From: an uncultured Acidobacteriaceae bacterium
GTDB lineage: Bacteria; Acidobacteriota; Terriglobia; Terriglobales; Acidobacteriaceae
Reading direction: 5' to 3'
Length of the DNA stretch: 64,000 bases
NCBI GenBank assembly: GCA_963799145.1
Contig: CAWCWQ010000206.1
Coordinates: 6,354-70,353 of the forward strand
Part shown: piece by piece, positions 1 to 10,248 of the stretch
How the letters are laid out: every line of letters starts with the position of its first letter
Numbering within the stretch: position 1 is the first letter of the stretch
The notes under the pieces: generated by a model
Database searches by the model: none
Seen by the model: the letters and a program-made list of their open reading frames with translations, nothing else
Told to the model about the DNA's origin: nothing
Program-made: the position numbers and the translations under genes

Positions 1-820
1 CGTCACCATCGAATCCCAATGGGTCTTCGCTGAGGAATCTTCCCGTGGTTGGGTTATAGTATCTGGCCCGGTAATAGTCGATACCGAGCCCGTCGAACTC
101 GCGGCCGGAATAGGTGTAGCTGTTGGTCGTCGGTCCGCCCGACGCGCTCAGGATGCCATACGGTCCGTAGCTATATTGCTCTTCGGTCGCCCCAGTAGCG
201 TTCGTTAGTGCCACTGTGCTTCCCTGGGCGTCGGTTAGGTAATTATCCGTTTCGGTGGCGGAGGTGCGTAGGAAGCGCTCATCCACGCCGCCTGTGAGCA
301 AGTTTGCGGTGGGAAGCGTGCCAAACTCCTGCACTGCATTGACGCCGTCGTACAGGAAGTTGGTGGTCGTACTCTGCACCGTCTTGCTGACTCGCCTGCC
401 CAGCGGGTCATAGCTGAAGACCGCGCCATTGTTGTCGGCCGAGACCAGGCGGTTCCGCGCATCCCAGACGTAACTATTCGTACCGTCGTTGAGCGTGTTG
501 CCATTGAGGTCGTAGGTCATGGCGGTCGATCCCCACTGCGTGAGCTGGTTGTTGGCATTATAGACCGCCGAGGAGACCGCCGCAGGCAATTGCGTGCTGG
601 CGAGGCTGCCGCTGACTCCGACGCGCCTTCCCGCCAGGTCATAGCTATAGGCCAGATTGGCCGGTGCCAGCGCTCCGCCCTGGTAGACGATCCCGGTAAG
701 CTGCGATGCGGCGTCGTAACTGTAAGTGGAACGCGCTGCCGCCCGCGAGCGAATCGCCGGCCAAGTAGAGAAGATTCTTGCGGGATGGCGAAAGTAGGTC
801 GCCGCATTCTGGCTTTGCAT
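1..820 (-). CDS. RHS/YD-repeat protein, N-terminally truncated (orphan-type); runs off the window start
   Basis: Manual translation of the minus strand (absent from the ORF track because it is open at the edge) gives YSYDAASQLTGI..YSYDLAGRR..YDLNGN..WDARNRL..YDPLGRR..YSGREFDGLGIDYYRARYYNPTTGRFLSEDPLG, i.e. YD repeats plus an RHS-associated core. In-frame ATG at 820; RHS similarity begins near 728. Confidence 0.9.
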   Translation of the reverse strand, partial: MQSQNAATYFRHPARIFSTWPAIRSRAAARSTYSYDAASQLTGIVYQGGALAPANLAYSYDLAGRRVGVSGSLASTQLPAAVSSAVYNANNQLTQWGSTAMTYDLNGNTLNDGTNSYVWDARNRLVSADNNGAVFSYDPLGRRVSKTVQSTTTNFLYDGVNAVQEFGTLPTANLLTGGVDERFLRTSATETDNYLTDAQGSTVALTNATGATEEQYSYGPYGILSASGGPTTNSYTYSGREFDGLGIDYYRARYYNPTTGRFLSEDPLGFDGD

Positions 821-853
821 GAAGACTGTCTTCGACTCTTCCTCGCTTAAGGA

Positions 854-1987
854 TCAGGGCTTGGCAGGGATTCTCCCTGAGCCTCTGCGCTGGATTGCAA
901 TCGGCTTGGTTTGCGAAGAGCGCTTGGCGCTGGACTTTTTGGTGGCAGTGTTGTGCGTTGGCTTTGCTTGCGCGGCGATGACCGCGATCTTTCTCTTTGC
1001 TGTCGCCACTGCTCTCTTCATGGCAGAGTTCGCGCGTTTTGTCGTGGGTTTTCCGGCAGCCTTCTTGAGATCGTCCGCCTTTTTCGATTTGGATTTCGGC
1101 GATGCGGCAACCGGTTTCTTTTTCGCTGTTGTTCTTGTTTGCGCGGCGGATTTCGCCGTCACTCTGGGGTCTGCGGCCTTTTGCGACGGTTTTGTCTTTG
1201 AGGCGGCCAACTTGGGATTTGTATCCGTAGCACTCTTGGCGCGAGCGGTCTTGGTCTGCGATGCGGACTCGGGCGCGGCAATCTCCAACCCAAAGAGTTT
1301 GGACAGGTCTTCCCCGCCGAGAACCTTTGCGGCAGCCGGGCTCTTCTTTGTGCTCGGCAGCGCCTTGCCGGCGCTGGCGATCAGTTCCTTTTCGTTTACA
1401 GCGCGAAGCCGGAAGAGCAGCTCGGGCTGCTCGTCCAGGCGAGCGCCGACGCCATAGAGAACAGCAGCGACATGCTTGCACATCTCCGCCCAGTCAGGGC
1501 AACTGCACGATAGCTTGATCTCTTTGGGTGACGGGAAAAGCCCGGTCTGCTGCCGGCTGATGCGCTCCATCACGCCCTTGGAGAGCCGTCCTTGCAGCAG
1601 TTCGACCAGGGAATCGATCGATCCCGCGCAATCTTCGCAGATCGATTTCCAGCGCGGTTTGGCCACCGGCAGGATTTCCACCTTGACCTCGTAGATCTGC
1701 GAGCCGCTGACCAACGCCGTGATCTGGCTGGGAGCCACCTGGAGATCGAGGACCGACCCATTGCGGACATAAGTCCGCCCGCGCGGCAGGCGATTCTCAT
1801 AGTCGCTGTACGACTCCAGATTCTCGCACCAAGCCTTTCCCCAGAAGGTCTTTGCGATGGCGCGGCCGTCCAGGTTCACCGGAGAGATCGCGCGGCCTTT
1901 CTTGCGCAGGCTGTCCATTTTTTTCAAGGCTTTTCGGCGCCGTTCGGCCACCGAAACATACGGTCTCCATCCCCAGCCGTCGTACAT
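854..1987 (-). CDS. SWIM zinc-finger protein with Lys/Ala-rich C-terminal tail
   Basis: CSCPDWAEMCKHVAAVLY SWIM motif; N-terminal RLPRGRTYVRNGSV typical of SNF2-associated SWIM proteins; low-complexity K/A/S/T tail. Confidence 0.9.
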   Translation of the reverse strand: MYDGWGWRPYVSVAERRRKALKKMDSLRKKGRAISPVNLDGRAIAKTFWGKAWCENLESYSDYENRLPRGRTYVRNGSVLDLQVAPSQITALVSGSQIYEVKVEILPVAKPRWKSICEDCAGSIDSLVELLQGRLSKGVMERISRQQTGLFPSPKEIKLSCSCPDWAEMCKHVAAVLYGVGARLDEQPELLFRLRAVNEKELIASAGKALPSTKKSPAAAKVLGGEDLSKLFGLEIAAPESASQTKTARAKSATDTNPKLAASKTKPSQKAADPRVTAKSAAQTRTTAKKKPVAASPKSKSKKADDLKKAAGKPTTKRANSAMKRAVATAKRKIAVIAAQAKPTHNTATKKSSAKRSSQTKPIAIQRRGSGRIPAKP

Positions 1988-1990
1988 AAA

Positions 1991-4696
1991 CTAAGTCTCC
2001 TTGAGCGCCGTATTCAGGTCCAGCGCCACCAGTTTCAGCAATTCGTCGTCCTTCATTTCGGTGAGCAGCGCACCGGCGCCACCTTCCAGCATATCCTGCG
2101 CGATCTGGCGCTTGGACTCGATCATCTGGTCGATTTTCTCCTCGACCGTTCCCTGGCAGACGAACTTGTGCACCAGCACGTTCATCTTCTGGCCAATGCG
2201 GAAGGCGCGATCGGTGGCCTGGTTCTCCACTGCCGGATTCCACCATCGGTCGAAGTGCACCACGTGCGAGGCGGCTGTCAGGTTCAGTCCCGTGCCCCCG
2301 GCCTTGAGCGAGAGCACAAAGAAGCCCACGGCTTCGTCTTCCTGAAAGCGGCGCACGAGATCCTTGCGAACCTTGACCGCAGTATCGCCATGCAAGACCA
2401 ATCCCGGCCGCCCAAAGATCGAACCCAGAAAGGATTCAAGCGGGGCTGTCACTTCGCGGAACTGCGTGAAGACCAACACCTTCTCCTGGCGGGCCGCAAT
2501 GACTTCGGCAATGTCGCGCAGGCGCGCCCATTTGCCGCTGTCGGCCTCGCTCCATGCGCCATCGCCCAGCCATTGCGAAGGATGGTTGCAAATCTGCTTG
2601 AAGCGCATCAGAAACGACAGCACCAAGCCCTTGCGGCGAATCCCCTCGGCGGAGTGAAGCTGCTCAGCCAGAGCATCGACCGCCTGCTCATACAGCGCCG
2701 CCTGTTTGCGGCTGAGCTGGCAAAAGGCCTTCACTTCGGTCTTGTCCGGCAGGTCTGTGATCACCGACTTATCCGTCTTCAACCGCCGCAAGACATAAGG
2801 CCGCACTAACTCGCGCAGCGGCCCATAGGGATTGTGAGTCCGCTCGGCGAGGCGTTTGGTGTACTGGGTAAACTCCTTGGGCGATCCGAGCAGGCCGGGG
2901 TTGATGAAGTCGAAGATCGACCAAAGATCGCCCAGCCGGTTTTCCACCGGCGTGCCGGTCAGCGCGAAGCGGGAGCGCGCCTTCAGTTGCTTGGCGGCCC
3001 GGGTCTGTTTAGCGCCAGGATTCTTGATGGTCTGCGCTTCGTCCAGCACCGCCAGCCGCCAACTGGTTTCCGTGAGCCAGGGGAGGCGCAGCAGAGAGCC
3101 ATAGCTTGTAATCACCACATCGACATCTGCCAGGGATTCCGCCGGCATGTTTTTCAACTCTTCGCCGGAGGCCGCCGAAGTGTGGGCGATCATTACCTTC
3201 AAGCTGGGGGCAAATCGCTCCAGCTCCGCGGCCCAGTTGGCCAGCAGCGAAGCCGGAGCCACCAGCAGGCTCGGCTTGCCACTGGCCTGCTTCTTTAGCA
3301 CCAGCAGCAGCGAAAGCACTTGGATAGTCTTGCCCAAGCCCATGTCGTCGGCCAGGCAGGCGCCCAACCCCAATTTCGCCAGCAGATAAAGCCAGCGCAG
3401 ACCTACCAATTGATAAGGCCGCAGTGTTCCCTTCAGTGCTTCGCCCGGATCGATCGCCTCCAGGCCCTCCTGGCTTCGCAGCGCCTTCAGGGTCTCGGCA
3501 AGCCACGGGCCGGCAGTCACCTGCGCCCAATCGGCCTCCACCTCGGCAGCGACGTCCGCTGCTTCAATCCGCGCGCCGGCCACCAGGCGCATGGCTTCGC
3601 CAAAGTTGAGGCCATCGCGGGCTGCGGCGCGTTCCGCCTCGCTGAAGCGGTCGATCATGCGGCTGAGCTGTTCGCGATCCACCTCGACCCAGCGCCCGCG
3701 CACCAGCGCCAGCCCCTCGGTCTCCGCCAGCAGGTTGCGAATCTCGGCCGCGGTCAGCGCTTCGCCGTCGAGCGTAACATCCATGCGGAAATCGAGCAGG
3801 GCATTCTGCCCCAGCAGCGACGGCGCCGCGCCGCCCACCTTGGCGGTCACGCGCGGGCGCGGAGGGCGATGTGACGGCCACGTTGCGGGCATACGGACGA
3901 CAATGCCCGCCTGCTCCAGTTGCGGGCAGTCGCGCAGGAACTGAGTGGCGTCAGCGGGTGTCCAGCGCAGCGGATGAAAGATCTCGCCCGCCTCTACCAT
4001 GGCCTTCAGCCATCCGCATCTCTCCGCGGCTCGCCGCACGGGCAGAAGCAAGGCCAGCAGGCGATCCCGGTTGGCCGGTCCCTCGTACTCGCGCAGAGCC
4101 TGTCCCAGCGGCAGATGCTGGGCCTTGGAGTGCGCCGAAAGCCGCACCGTGTAGGTGGCCAGGAACGCAAAGGGGGACTCCGTGTCGCCGCGGTTTTCCG
4201 CCAGATTGAAGCAGACGCGGCCAACCAGATTCCAGGCTGGGTTCCGCTGCTTGAGAAACTCCTGCACCCCGCAGCGCGCCTCAGACAACTCAACGCGCAG
4301 GGCCTCATCCGTCTCCCGCCACAATCTGCGCAGCACCTGGCCGGTCAGATATTCCGCCCCGGTCATCAGCGGCGGCGCCATGGCCAGCCACTCCAGCTCC
4401 GCATCGGGCGGGGGCGCAACCGGTTCCGCGGCGTCTACTTCTGGCTCAATGTGTGTGTGGGTGCAAAGCGCGGTAACATAACGAGCCGCGAATTCCCGCC
4501 AGTATGAAAACACGGCGGGCAGCGCTGTGCCTACCTCCCCAGCGCCCAGTTGCAGAAGTCCATGGCCCGCGCCGCGCGCGAAAGATTCCTCCAGGCGCCG
4601 CGCTACCTCTTCATCCAGCGCATCGGCATCCGCCTGCCGCGCCATCGAGAGATGGCCGTGCGGCGTCAGAATGGGAGCAAGTTGCGCCGGATTCAT
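1991..4696 (-). CDS. SNF2-family (SF2) helicase/ATPase
   Basis: LRPYQ, LADDMGLGKT (motif I), DEAQ (II), TGTPVEN (III), SLKAGGTGLNLT, DRWWNPAVENQATDRAFRIGQ (VI). Confidence 0.95.
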   Translation of the reverse strand: MNPAQLAPILTPHGHLSMARQADADALDEEVARRLEESFARGAGHGLLQLGAGEVGTALPAVFSYWREFAARYVTALCTHTHIEPEVDAAEPVAPPPDAELEWLAMAPPLMTGAEYLTGQVLRRLWRETDEALRVELSEARCGVQEFLKQRNPAWNLVGRVCFNLAENRGDTESPFAFLATYTVRLSAHSKAQHLPLGQALREYEGPANRDRLLALLLPVRRAAERCGWLKAMVEAGEIFHPLRWTPADATQFLRDCPQLEQAGIVVRMPATWPSHRPPRPRVTAKVGGAAPSLLGQNALLDFRMDVTLDGEALTAAEIRNLLAETEGLALVRGRWVEVDREQLSRMIDRFSEAERAAARDGLNFGEAMRLVAGARIEAADVAAEVEADWAQVTAGPWLAETLKALRSQEGLEAIDPGEALKGTLRPYQLVGLRWLYLLAKLGLGACLADDMGLGKTIQVLSLLLVLKKQASGKPSLLVAPASLLANWAAELERFAPSLKVMIAHTSAASGEELKNMPAESLADVDVVITSYGSLLRLPWLTETSWRLAVLDEAQTIKNPGAKQTRAAKQLKARSRFALTGTPVENRLGDLWSIFDFINPGLLGSPKEFTQYTKRLAERTHNPYGPLRELVRPYVLRRLKTDKSVITDLPDKTEVKAFCQLSRKQAALYEQAVDALAEQLHSAEGIRRKGLVLSFLMRFKQICNHPSQWLGDGAWSEADSGKWARLRDIAEVIAARQEKVLVFTQFREVTAPLESFLGSIFGRPGLVLHGDTAVKVRKDLVRRFQEDEAVGFFVLSLKAGGTGLNLTAASHVVHFDRWWNPAVENQATDRAFRIGQKMNVLVHKFVCQGTVEEKIDQMIESKRQIAQDMLEGGAGALLTEMKDDELLKLVALDLNTALKET

Positions 4697-4769
4697 ATTT
4701 AGAAGCTACCATCTTCATCAACCGAGACACAAAGAACAATGCCGGTCCCCCCTGTGCCATGACGAGAGC

Positions 4770-5100
4770 GTTGAAAGGCCGCGGGCATTGTTCACCATGG
4801 GAACGGGCCGCGCCGGGTCAGTGTCGCAGAGGAAGAGAAGAGGCGTCTCCAGCCCTGCCATGCGCCGCGCCAGAATGCTCCGGGCGCCCGCGGTCAGCGG
4901 AACACGCCGCCGCGCCGCCATTGTCTTGCCGAAGGGAACGAAGAGGAATTCGCCCGCCAGATTCACGTTTTCCGGTTGAATCCGGTAGACCTCCGCGGGG
5001 CGCATCCCGGTTTCGAGCATCAACGTTGCCACTCCCAGGAGCATCGGCGTTGCCGCGGCCTGGTACCGCGCCTGCTCGTCGGAAGCGAGAAAATGCGTCG
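4770..5100 (-). pseudogene. tyrosine recombinase/integrase internal fragment
   Basis: LASDEQARYQAAATPMLLGVATLMLETGMRPAEV (box I Arg) and GKTMAARRRVPL; no HxxR or Tyr box follows, sequence becomes unrelated after about 4770. Confidence 0.75.
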
Positions 5101-5193
5101 AGCAAACGTCCGGGGAACGGATTATGATGCAGGGGTAAAGTGGTGGTCTGACTCCGAAATCGATCTTGGAGATTCAGCCTGGATGGAGAGGTC

Positions 5194-5775
5194 TTGGAAC
5201 CGGTCCAGGGCGAAATCACGATCCTGCTCAAGAAGTGGAGAGATGGCGAACGCTCTGCCCTTGACGATCTCGTGCCGCTTGTCTATCCGCAACTGCGCCA
5301 GATTGCCGGGGGCTATCTGCATCGGGAAACGAATCCCGATGTGGTGCAGCCGACCATCCTGGTCCACGAGCTTTACCTTCGGCTCTTGAACCAGAAGAAG
5401 GCCGAATGGGATGACCGCCGGCACTTCTACATCTTCTGCGCCCGGATGATGCGGATGATCCTGATCGACCACGCGCGCGAGAACCAAGTCAAGATGCGGG
5501 GCGCCAGCTACAACCGCGTTCCGCTCAGTGACGATCTGCTGTGGATCAAGATCGACGATCCGGAGCTTCTGGACCTGAATCGGGCGCTGGAGGAGCTTGC
5601 CTTGCTCGACCCTGAAAGGGTCAAGCTGGTCGAGTTGCGCTACTTTCTTGGCTGCACGGCCGAAGAGACAGCGGCGCTGATGGAGATGTCGAAGGCCACT
5701 GTGGATCGCGAATTGAAGTTCATCAAAGGCTGGCTGTTCAGGCGAATCCACCCTCGCGGATCAAGTGAGGCGTGA
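5194..5775 (+). CDS. ECF sigma factor of the kinase-associated (TIGR02999-like) type
   Basis: LVYPQLRQIA, QPTILVHELYLRL, MRMILIDHAR, VELRYFLG..EETA..S.ATV.R; GGAGAG RBS before TTG start. Confidence 0.9.
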   Translation: MEPVQGEITILLKKWRDGERSALDDLVPLVYPQLRQIAGGYLHRETNPDVVQPTILVHELYLRLLNQKKAEWDDRRHFYIFCARMMRMILIDHARENQVKMRGASYNRVPLSDDLLWIKIDDPELLDLNRALEELALLDPERVKLVELRYFLGCTAEETAALMEMSKATVDRELKFIKGWLFRRIHPRGSSEA

Positions 5776-5845
5776 TTCAATTTGGCCGCGATTTGCGCAA
5801 TCTGTATGTTGGGGACATAAGCCACCGGCGGAGCGATTCTTCACC

Positions 5846-8659
5846 ATGGACCAAACGACCGAACGGTTTCACCTGGTTGAGGCGATCGTCACCGAGGCGC
5901 TCGCCGCTCCCAATGACCAGCGAGCGGAATCGATAGAGGCTCGATGCGGCGCAGACGCCGCGCTGGCCGAAGAGGCGCGCTCGCTGCTGGATGCCTGTGA
6001 AGCTGAAGAACAGATGATGGCATCCTGCCGGACCGAGCCGAATGGCGGCCCGGCTGCCGCGCCGGATCGCCAGCGTGTTGGGCCATACGAGATCGATCGC
6101 CTGCTGGGCCGCGGCGGAATGGGCGCCGTCTACCTTGCGCGCCGCGCCGACGGGCATTTCGAGCAGAAGGTAGCGATCAAGCTCATTGGCGCGCCTCTGG
6201 CGTCCGATCTGTTTCGGGAGCGGTTTCGTCAGGAGCGCCAGATTCTTGCCGGCCTGCAACATCCGTACATTGCCCGCCTCCTGGATGGAGGAGTTACCGT
6301 CGAAGGCGACTTATACCTGGTGATGGAGTATGTTGACGGCAAGCCCATCCATCGATACTGCGAAGAGCGCCATCTTTCCCAGGCACGGCGGATCCAGCTG
6401 TTTCTGCGCGTATGCGAGGCGGTGCAGTTTGCCCATCAGAACTTCGTCGTTCACCGCGACCTGAAACCGGACAACATTCTGGTGGCCGAGGACGGCACGC
6501 CGCGCTTGCTGGACTTTGGAACGGCCAAGCTGCTCTCTCCCTCCCTGGACCAGCAGGACAGCCGGTTTACCCGTATGGGTTGCCTATCCTTCACTCCGCA
6601 GTACGCCAGTCCGGAGCAGGTGCTGGGGAATCCTATCACCACGGCCACGGACACTTACTCGCTGGGCGTGCTCCTGTATCGGCTGCTGACCGGAGAACCC
6701 CCTTACGAACTGAAGGATCCCACCACCAGCGAGATGATACGGGTGATCTGCGAGGAAGCTCCGCGGAAACCCTCGCTGGAGGCGGGCTCCGGCAAGCGCC
6801 TCGATGCCGATCTGGAAGCGATACTGCTGAAGGCTCTGCGCAAGGAGCCGCAGGAACGCTATCTCACCGCCGAGCGATTGGCCGACGATCTCCGCGCCTA
6901 TCTCGAGGGGCGGCCGGTTGCTGCGCGCCGGGGCTCGATGCGCTACTTTGCCGGCAAGTTCATTCGCCGCCACCGATTGGGCCTGGCGGCGATGGCCGTA
7001 GTGATTGTCACGCTGGTTGCAGGCATTGCGGGCGTTCTTTGGCAGGCCAGGGTGGCCAACCAGGAGCGGCGCATGGCCGAAGCTCGCTCGGCCGACATGC
7101 GCCAGTTGAGCAACAGCCTGCTGTCGGAGCTGGACGAGACGATCAAGCGGCTCCCGGGATCTACCAGCGCGCAAGAAATGCTTGTCAGGCGTGTGCTGGA
7201 ACACTTGGATCGCATGGCCAACGACGCGCAAGGCGACAAGCTGACCCAAATCGACCTGGCAAGAGCATATACACGGCTCGCGGATTTGCAGGGAAACGCC
7301 TACGATCAGAATCTCGGCGATCCCGCTGGAGCGCTTGTCAGTATCGATAAGGCCATTGCCCTGACCACACCTTGGGTTGGCCGCGATTCCATCGATCGAG
7401 AGGCGCTTCATACGTTGGCCAGCGCCCAGTTGTCCCGCAGCCAGATTCTCTTCGGAACGGCGCCCATCCAGCAAGCCATTGACTCAACACATGCGGCGAT
7501 TGCGGCCTACGGCCGGTTGATCGACCTTCCCGGCGCCACTCCCGAAGAGATCTGCGAAGCAGCCACCGCGCATTACGTTTTGGGCGATGAACTGGGCGTT
7601 GTCATTATCGAAAGCTTGAATGACCTTGCTGGCGCGAACTCCGCGTACCGGCGGTCGCTCGAACTGGACAAGCGGGCATTGAGTATCAATCCCGGCCTTT
7701 TGCACGCCAGACTTGATTTGGTTAAAGGCCAGTTGGCGATCGTACCAACCGAAAAGGAATCCGATCCGGCGCAGGCGCTCAAGGACGTTCAGCTTGGCTT
7801 GCAACGCCTGTCTGCACTGCCCATGGAGGAACAGGAAACCCTGAGGATGACTCGATGGAGGGAATCCTTCCTTGTGAACGAGGCCTTTGCGCTGGCTCAG
7901 TTAGGAAGGTATTCCGAGTGCAACGTGATCGCAGAGGGGTCTGTCGAGTCGTGCAAGCGCCGCTCCGCGGCCGACCCACAGGATAGACGAGCCCTAGCCG
8001 ACGTGCTGTTTTCCCTCGATCGTCAGGCAGAAAACCTCGATGTTGCCGCAGACCCAGCCTTGGGCGCATCGGACAGCGATCGGCGAAGGAACCTGTCCGC
8101 GGAAGAAAAGGCCTTGATCCAGGAGCGCGCCGGTTTGGAGCGAATGCTGCAACTGAACCCCACCCAGAACGAGTGGAAACCCATTCTGGGAGACGTGCAA
8201 GTCCGTCTCGGTTCGGTTCAATTCATTCTGCATAACCGGCGAGACGCGGCGGATCTGGTGAAGAATGGCCTTTCCACCTTGAAAGAAACCATCGAGAAGG
8301 ATCAGAACTCCCCGGAGATTCTCGATACCACCGCGAAAGACCTCCTGGTTGCGGAACCGGCCCCACTTAGAAATCCACGGTTGGCTGTCTCCTACGCCGA
8401 ACGCGCAGTTGCCTTGACGCATCGGCGGATGCCGTCCAGGCTGCTGACCCTGGCCCAGGCCTACCGCGCCTCGGGACAGATAGAAGAAAGCCGTGCGGTG
8501 GCAAAGGAGGGGCTGGCGCTGCTGCCGGCCCCGCAGCCGGGAAGCATCAAGCCGCGTCTTCGCAAGCTGCTGGAAATCCAGGCGCAAGCTGATTCCGGCG
8601 GTGTGTCTCGCGCGTATCCCGCTGGAAGGTTTTCTGGGGGGATGACGGCTGGACTGTGA
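5846..8659 (+). CDS. membrane Ser/Thr protein kinase with helical/TPR-like C-terminal domain
   Basis: GRGGMG, VAIK, HRDLKPDN, DFG, TPQYASPEQ motifs; TM segment LAAMAVVIVTLVAGIAGVLW; ATG at 5846 chosen. Confidence 0.93.
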   Translation: MDQTTERFHLVEAIVTEALAAPNDQRAESIEARCGADAALAEEARSLLDACEAEEQMMASCRTEPNGGPAAAPDRQRVGPYEIDRLLGRGGMGAVYLARRADGHFEQKVAIKLIGAPLASDLFRERFRQERQILAGLQHPYIARLLDGGVTVEGDLYLVMEYVDGKPIHRYCEERHLSQARRIQLFLRVCEAVQFAHQNFVVHRDLKPDNILVAEDGTPRLLDFGTAKLLSPSLDQQDSRFTRMGCLSFTPQYASPEQVLGNPITTATDTYSLGVLLYRLLTGEPPYELKDPTTSEMIRVICEEAPRKPSLEAGSGKRLDADLEAILLKALRKEPQERYLTAERLADDLRAYLEGRPVAARRGSMRYFAGKFIRRHRLGLAAMAVVIVTLVAGIAGVLWQARVANQERRMAEARSADMRQLSNSLLSELDETIKRLPGSTSAQEMLVRRVLEHLDRMANDAQGDKLTQIDLARAYTRLADLQGNAYDQNLGDPAGALVSIDKAIALTTPWVGRDSIDREALHTLASAQLSRSQILFGTAPIQQAIDSTHAAIAAYGRLIDLPGATPEEICEAATAHYVLGDELGVVIIESLNDLAGANSAYRRSLELDKRALSINPGLLHARLDLVKGQLAIVPTEKESDPAQALKDVQLGLQRLSALPMEEQETLRMTRWRESFLVNEAFALAQLGRYSECNVIAEGSVESCKRRSAADPQDRRALADVLFSLDRQAENLDVAADPALGASDSDRRRNLSAEEKALIQERAGLERMLQLNPTQNEWKPILGDVQVRLGSVQFILHNRRDAADLVKNGLSTLKETIEKDQNSPEILDTTAKDLLVAEPAPLRNPRLAVSYAERAVALTHRRMPSRLLTLAQAYRASGQIEESRAVAKEGLALLPAPQPGSIKPRLRKLLEIQAQADSGGVSRAYPAGRFSGGMTAGL

Positions 8660-8854
8660 ATTGAGGGGCAGTTTCTGAGGCTGATTCCAGGAATCCATCC
8701 GGTAGTAAAACCCGCCCGAAGCTAAGCGCGCATTTGCTGGGATGGAAGCCGAGTCTTTTGCTCGGCGCAGGCTACCTTCCGATCTGTCTCCAGCGGGGAG
8801 GCTGGCACGAGCCGGACGCGGCTTGCGATGTCGCGCCAGCGGCTGAACGGGACG

Positions 8855-9379
8855 CTACGCAGTCAAACCGGCGTCCGGCGCATGACCCTGCGCCCTTGAC
8901 GTTTCCCCAGCGGCCCCCAGAACCACTGTCGCCAGTCCCAACAGCAGGATGGCTTCTTCTATATGCTCGGCCCGCCGGTGCAGCCTGTTGAAGTCGATCG
9001 AGCTTGGAGTAGCGGTATTGGGCGAATCCTCCGTTCCGCCCACAGCGATGCGGTCTCGCCCCATGGCCGGAATGATGCCGAACTGTGAATAGCCGGTGAA
9101 GGCGATCATCAGGGAGAGAAGCGCCATCGGCGCCCACACCATGCGCGGCTGGTAGATGCGCTGGAACGGAGCCACCACGAGCATTGCCAGCGCCACCGGC
9201 CCCGCAACCAGACCTATGGTGTGCAGAATGCGCAACAGCGCACACACAATCGTCCCGGCTGCGCGCGTGTCCGGCGGCAGCGTCGAGACTGCAACGATGG
9301 CCACGAATTGAAAGAAGACCTCCGCGCCCAGCCAGACGACGAGCGAGAGATACAGCACAGTGCGAAGCAGGAGTTTCAT
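8855..9379 (-). CDS. DUF4149-like membrane protein
   Basis: Four hydrophobic helices; VWLGAEVFF, IIPAM and FNRLHRRAE patterns. Confidence 0.7.
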   Translation of the reverse strand: MKLLLRTVLYLSLVVWLGAEVFFQFVAIVAVSTLPPDTRAAGTIVCALLRILHTIGLVAGPVALAMLVVAPFQRIYQPRMVWAPMALLSLMIAFTGYSQFGIIPAMGRDRIAVGGTEDSPNTATPSSIDFNRLHRRAEHIEEAILLLGLATVVLGAAGETSRAQGHAPDAGLTA

Positions 9380-10130
9380 AAACTAGATTCTTCCTTTGTT
9401 CTTGGTGGCGGCTGCTCGGCCGTCCCTCGTCTTTATTAGGCGCAGGGTGTCGATGGATCGGCCGGCGTGTTGAAGGATACGGGCTTTGACCCGCGCGTAG
9501 GCGCGTCAGTCAGGTTCCCCGGCAAGACGAGGGGTGTGAGGCCAGCAAGCAATTCAGCAAATGGAGGCGTAACCCTGCCGGAGGACACCGGAGCCGGCCT
9601 CGTTTACCTTGAGGCTCTTGACGGCCGCGACTGGAGTCTCATTTCCAATGCAAGGCCGCCCGTTCGATTTTCCTCTTTGCACTGTATTGCGAAGGGCGAC
9701 GGAAAAATGCCTCAAGATTCTCCAAGGACGATGCATTCGGGCTTGCATTGCCGTCTGCGACTGGCCAGGAAAGATAGCCGGCGGAGCATTCCAGGGCAGA
9801 TGAGACAAGGAATCTTTTGAGGGAGGTCAAGGGTGCGCCACCCGCCTGCCGCAAGCTCGGCCTTGGATGACGTAGCCGAGTCCCCCACACATCCCGCCTC
9901 AATTCCCGTGCGGCAAGTCACAGGACGTTCACACGCTGCCTGTGATAGCATCCGCTTTTCAGCGAGAGACGCCGGGCGGATTCATCCTACCTTCATCCGC
10001 GCGGCGCCGGCCAAGACCTTAATGGACGAGGCAGACGGCAGACCCGGACACGTGGCCCGACAATCCGGCCACCTGGACGCCCTCCCGGACGTTCCCGCGT
10101 TTTTTGTGTCCCTCCCACATTCCAACCAAG

Positions 10131-10189
10131 CGGGTGCCCCAGAGCCTGCCCTGAGCTTGCCGAAGGGTCTCGCCTTCGAGACCTGGGAG
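10131..10189. repeat. REP-like hairpin (GGGTGCCCC...GTCTCGCCTTCGAGACCTGGGA) with nested GCCTGCCCTGAGCTTGCCGAAGG element
   Basis: Same GGGTGCCCC and TGGGA ends as the copies at 14513, 24050-24347 and 63908; internal GTCTCG/CGAGAC stem. Confidence 0.6.
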
Positions 10190-10248
10190 ACCGCTGTCTG
10201 TTCCCGCTCAGGCGTCCGCCTAAAGCTTGTAATTTCAAGGAGAAACCG

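Noticed and set aside
9440-10100. Short ORFs or ncRNA in the gap before the EF-G paralog
   Set aside because: No consistent frame or recognisable motif; only a partial repeat end (GCCACCCGCC at 9837).
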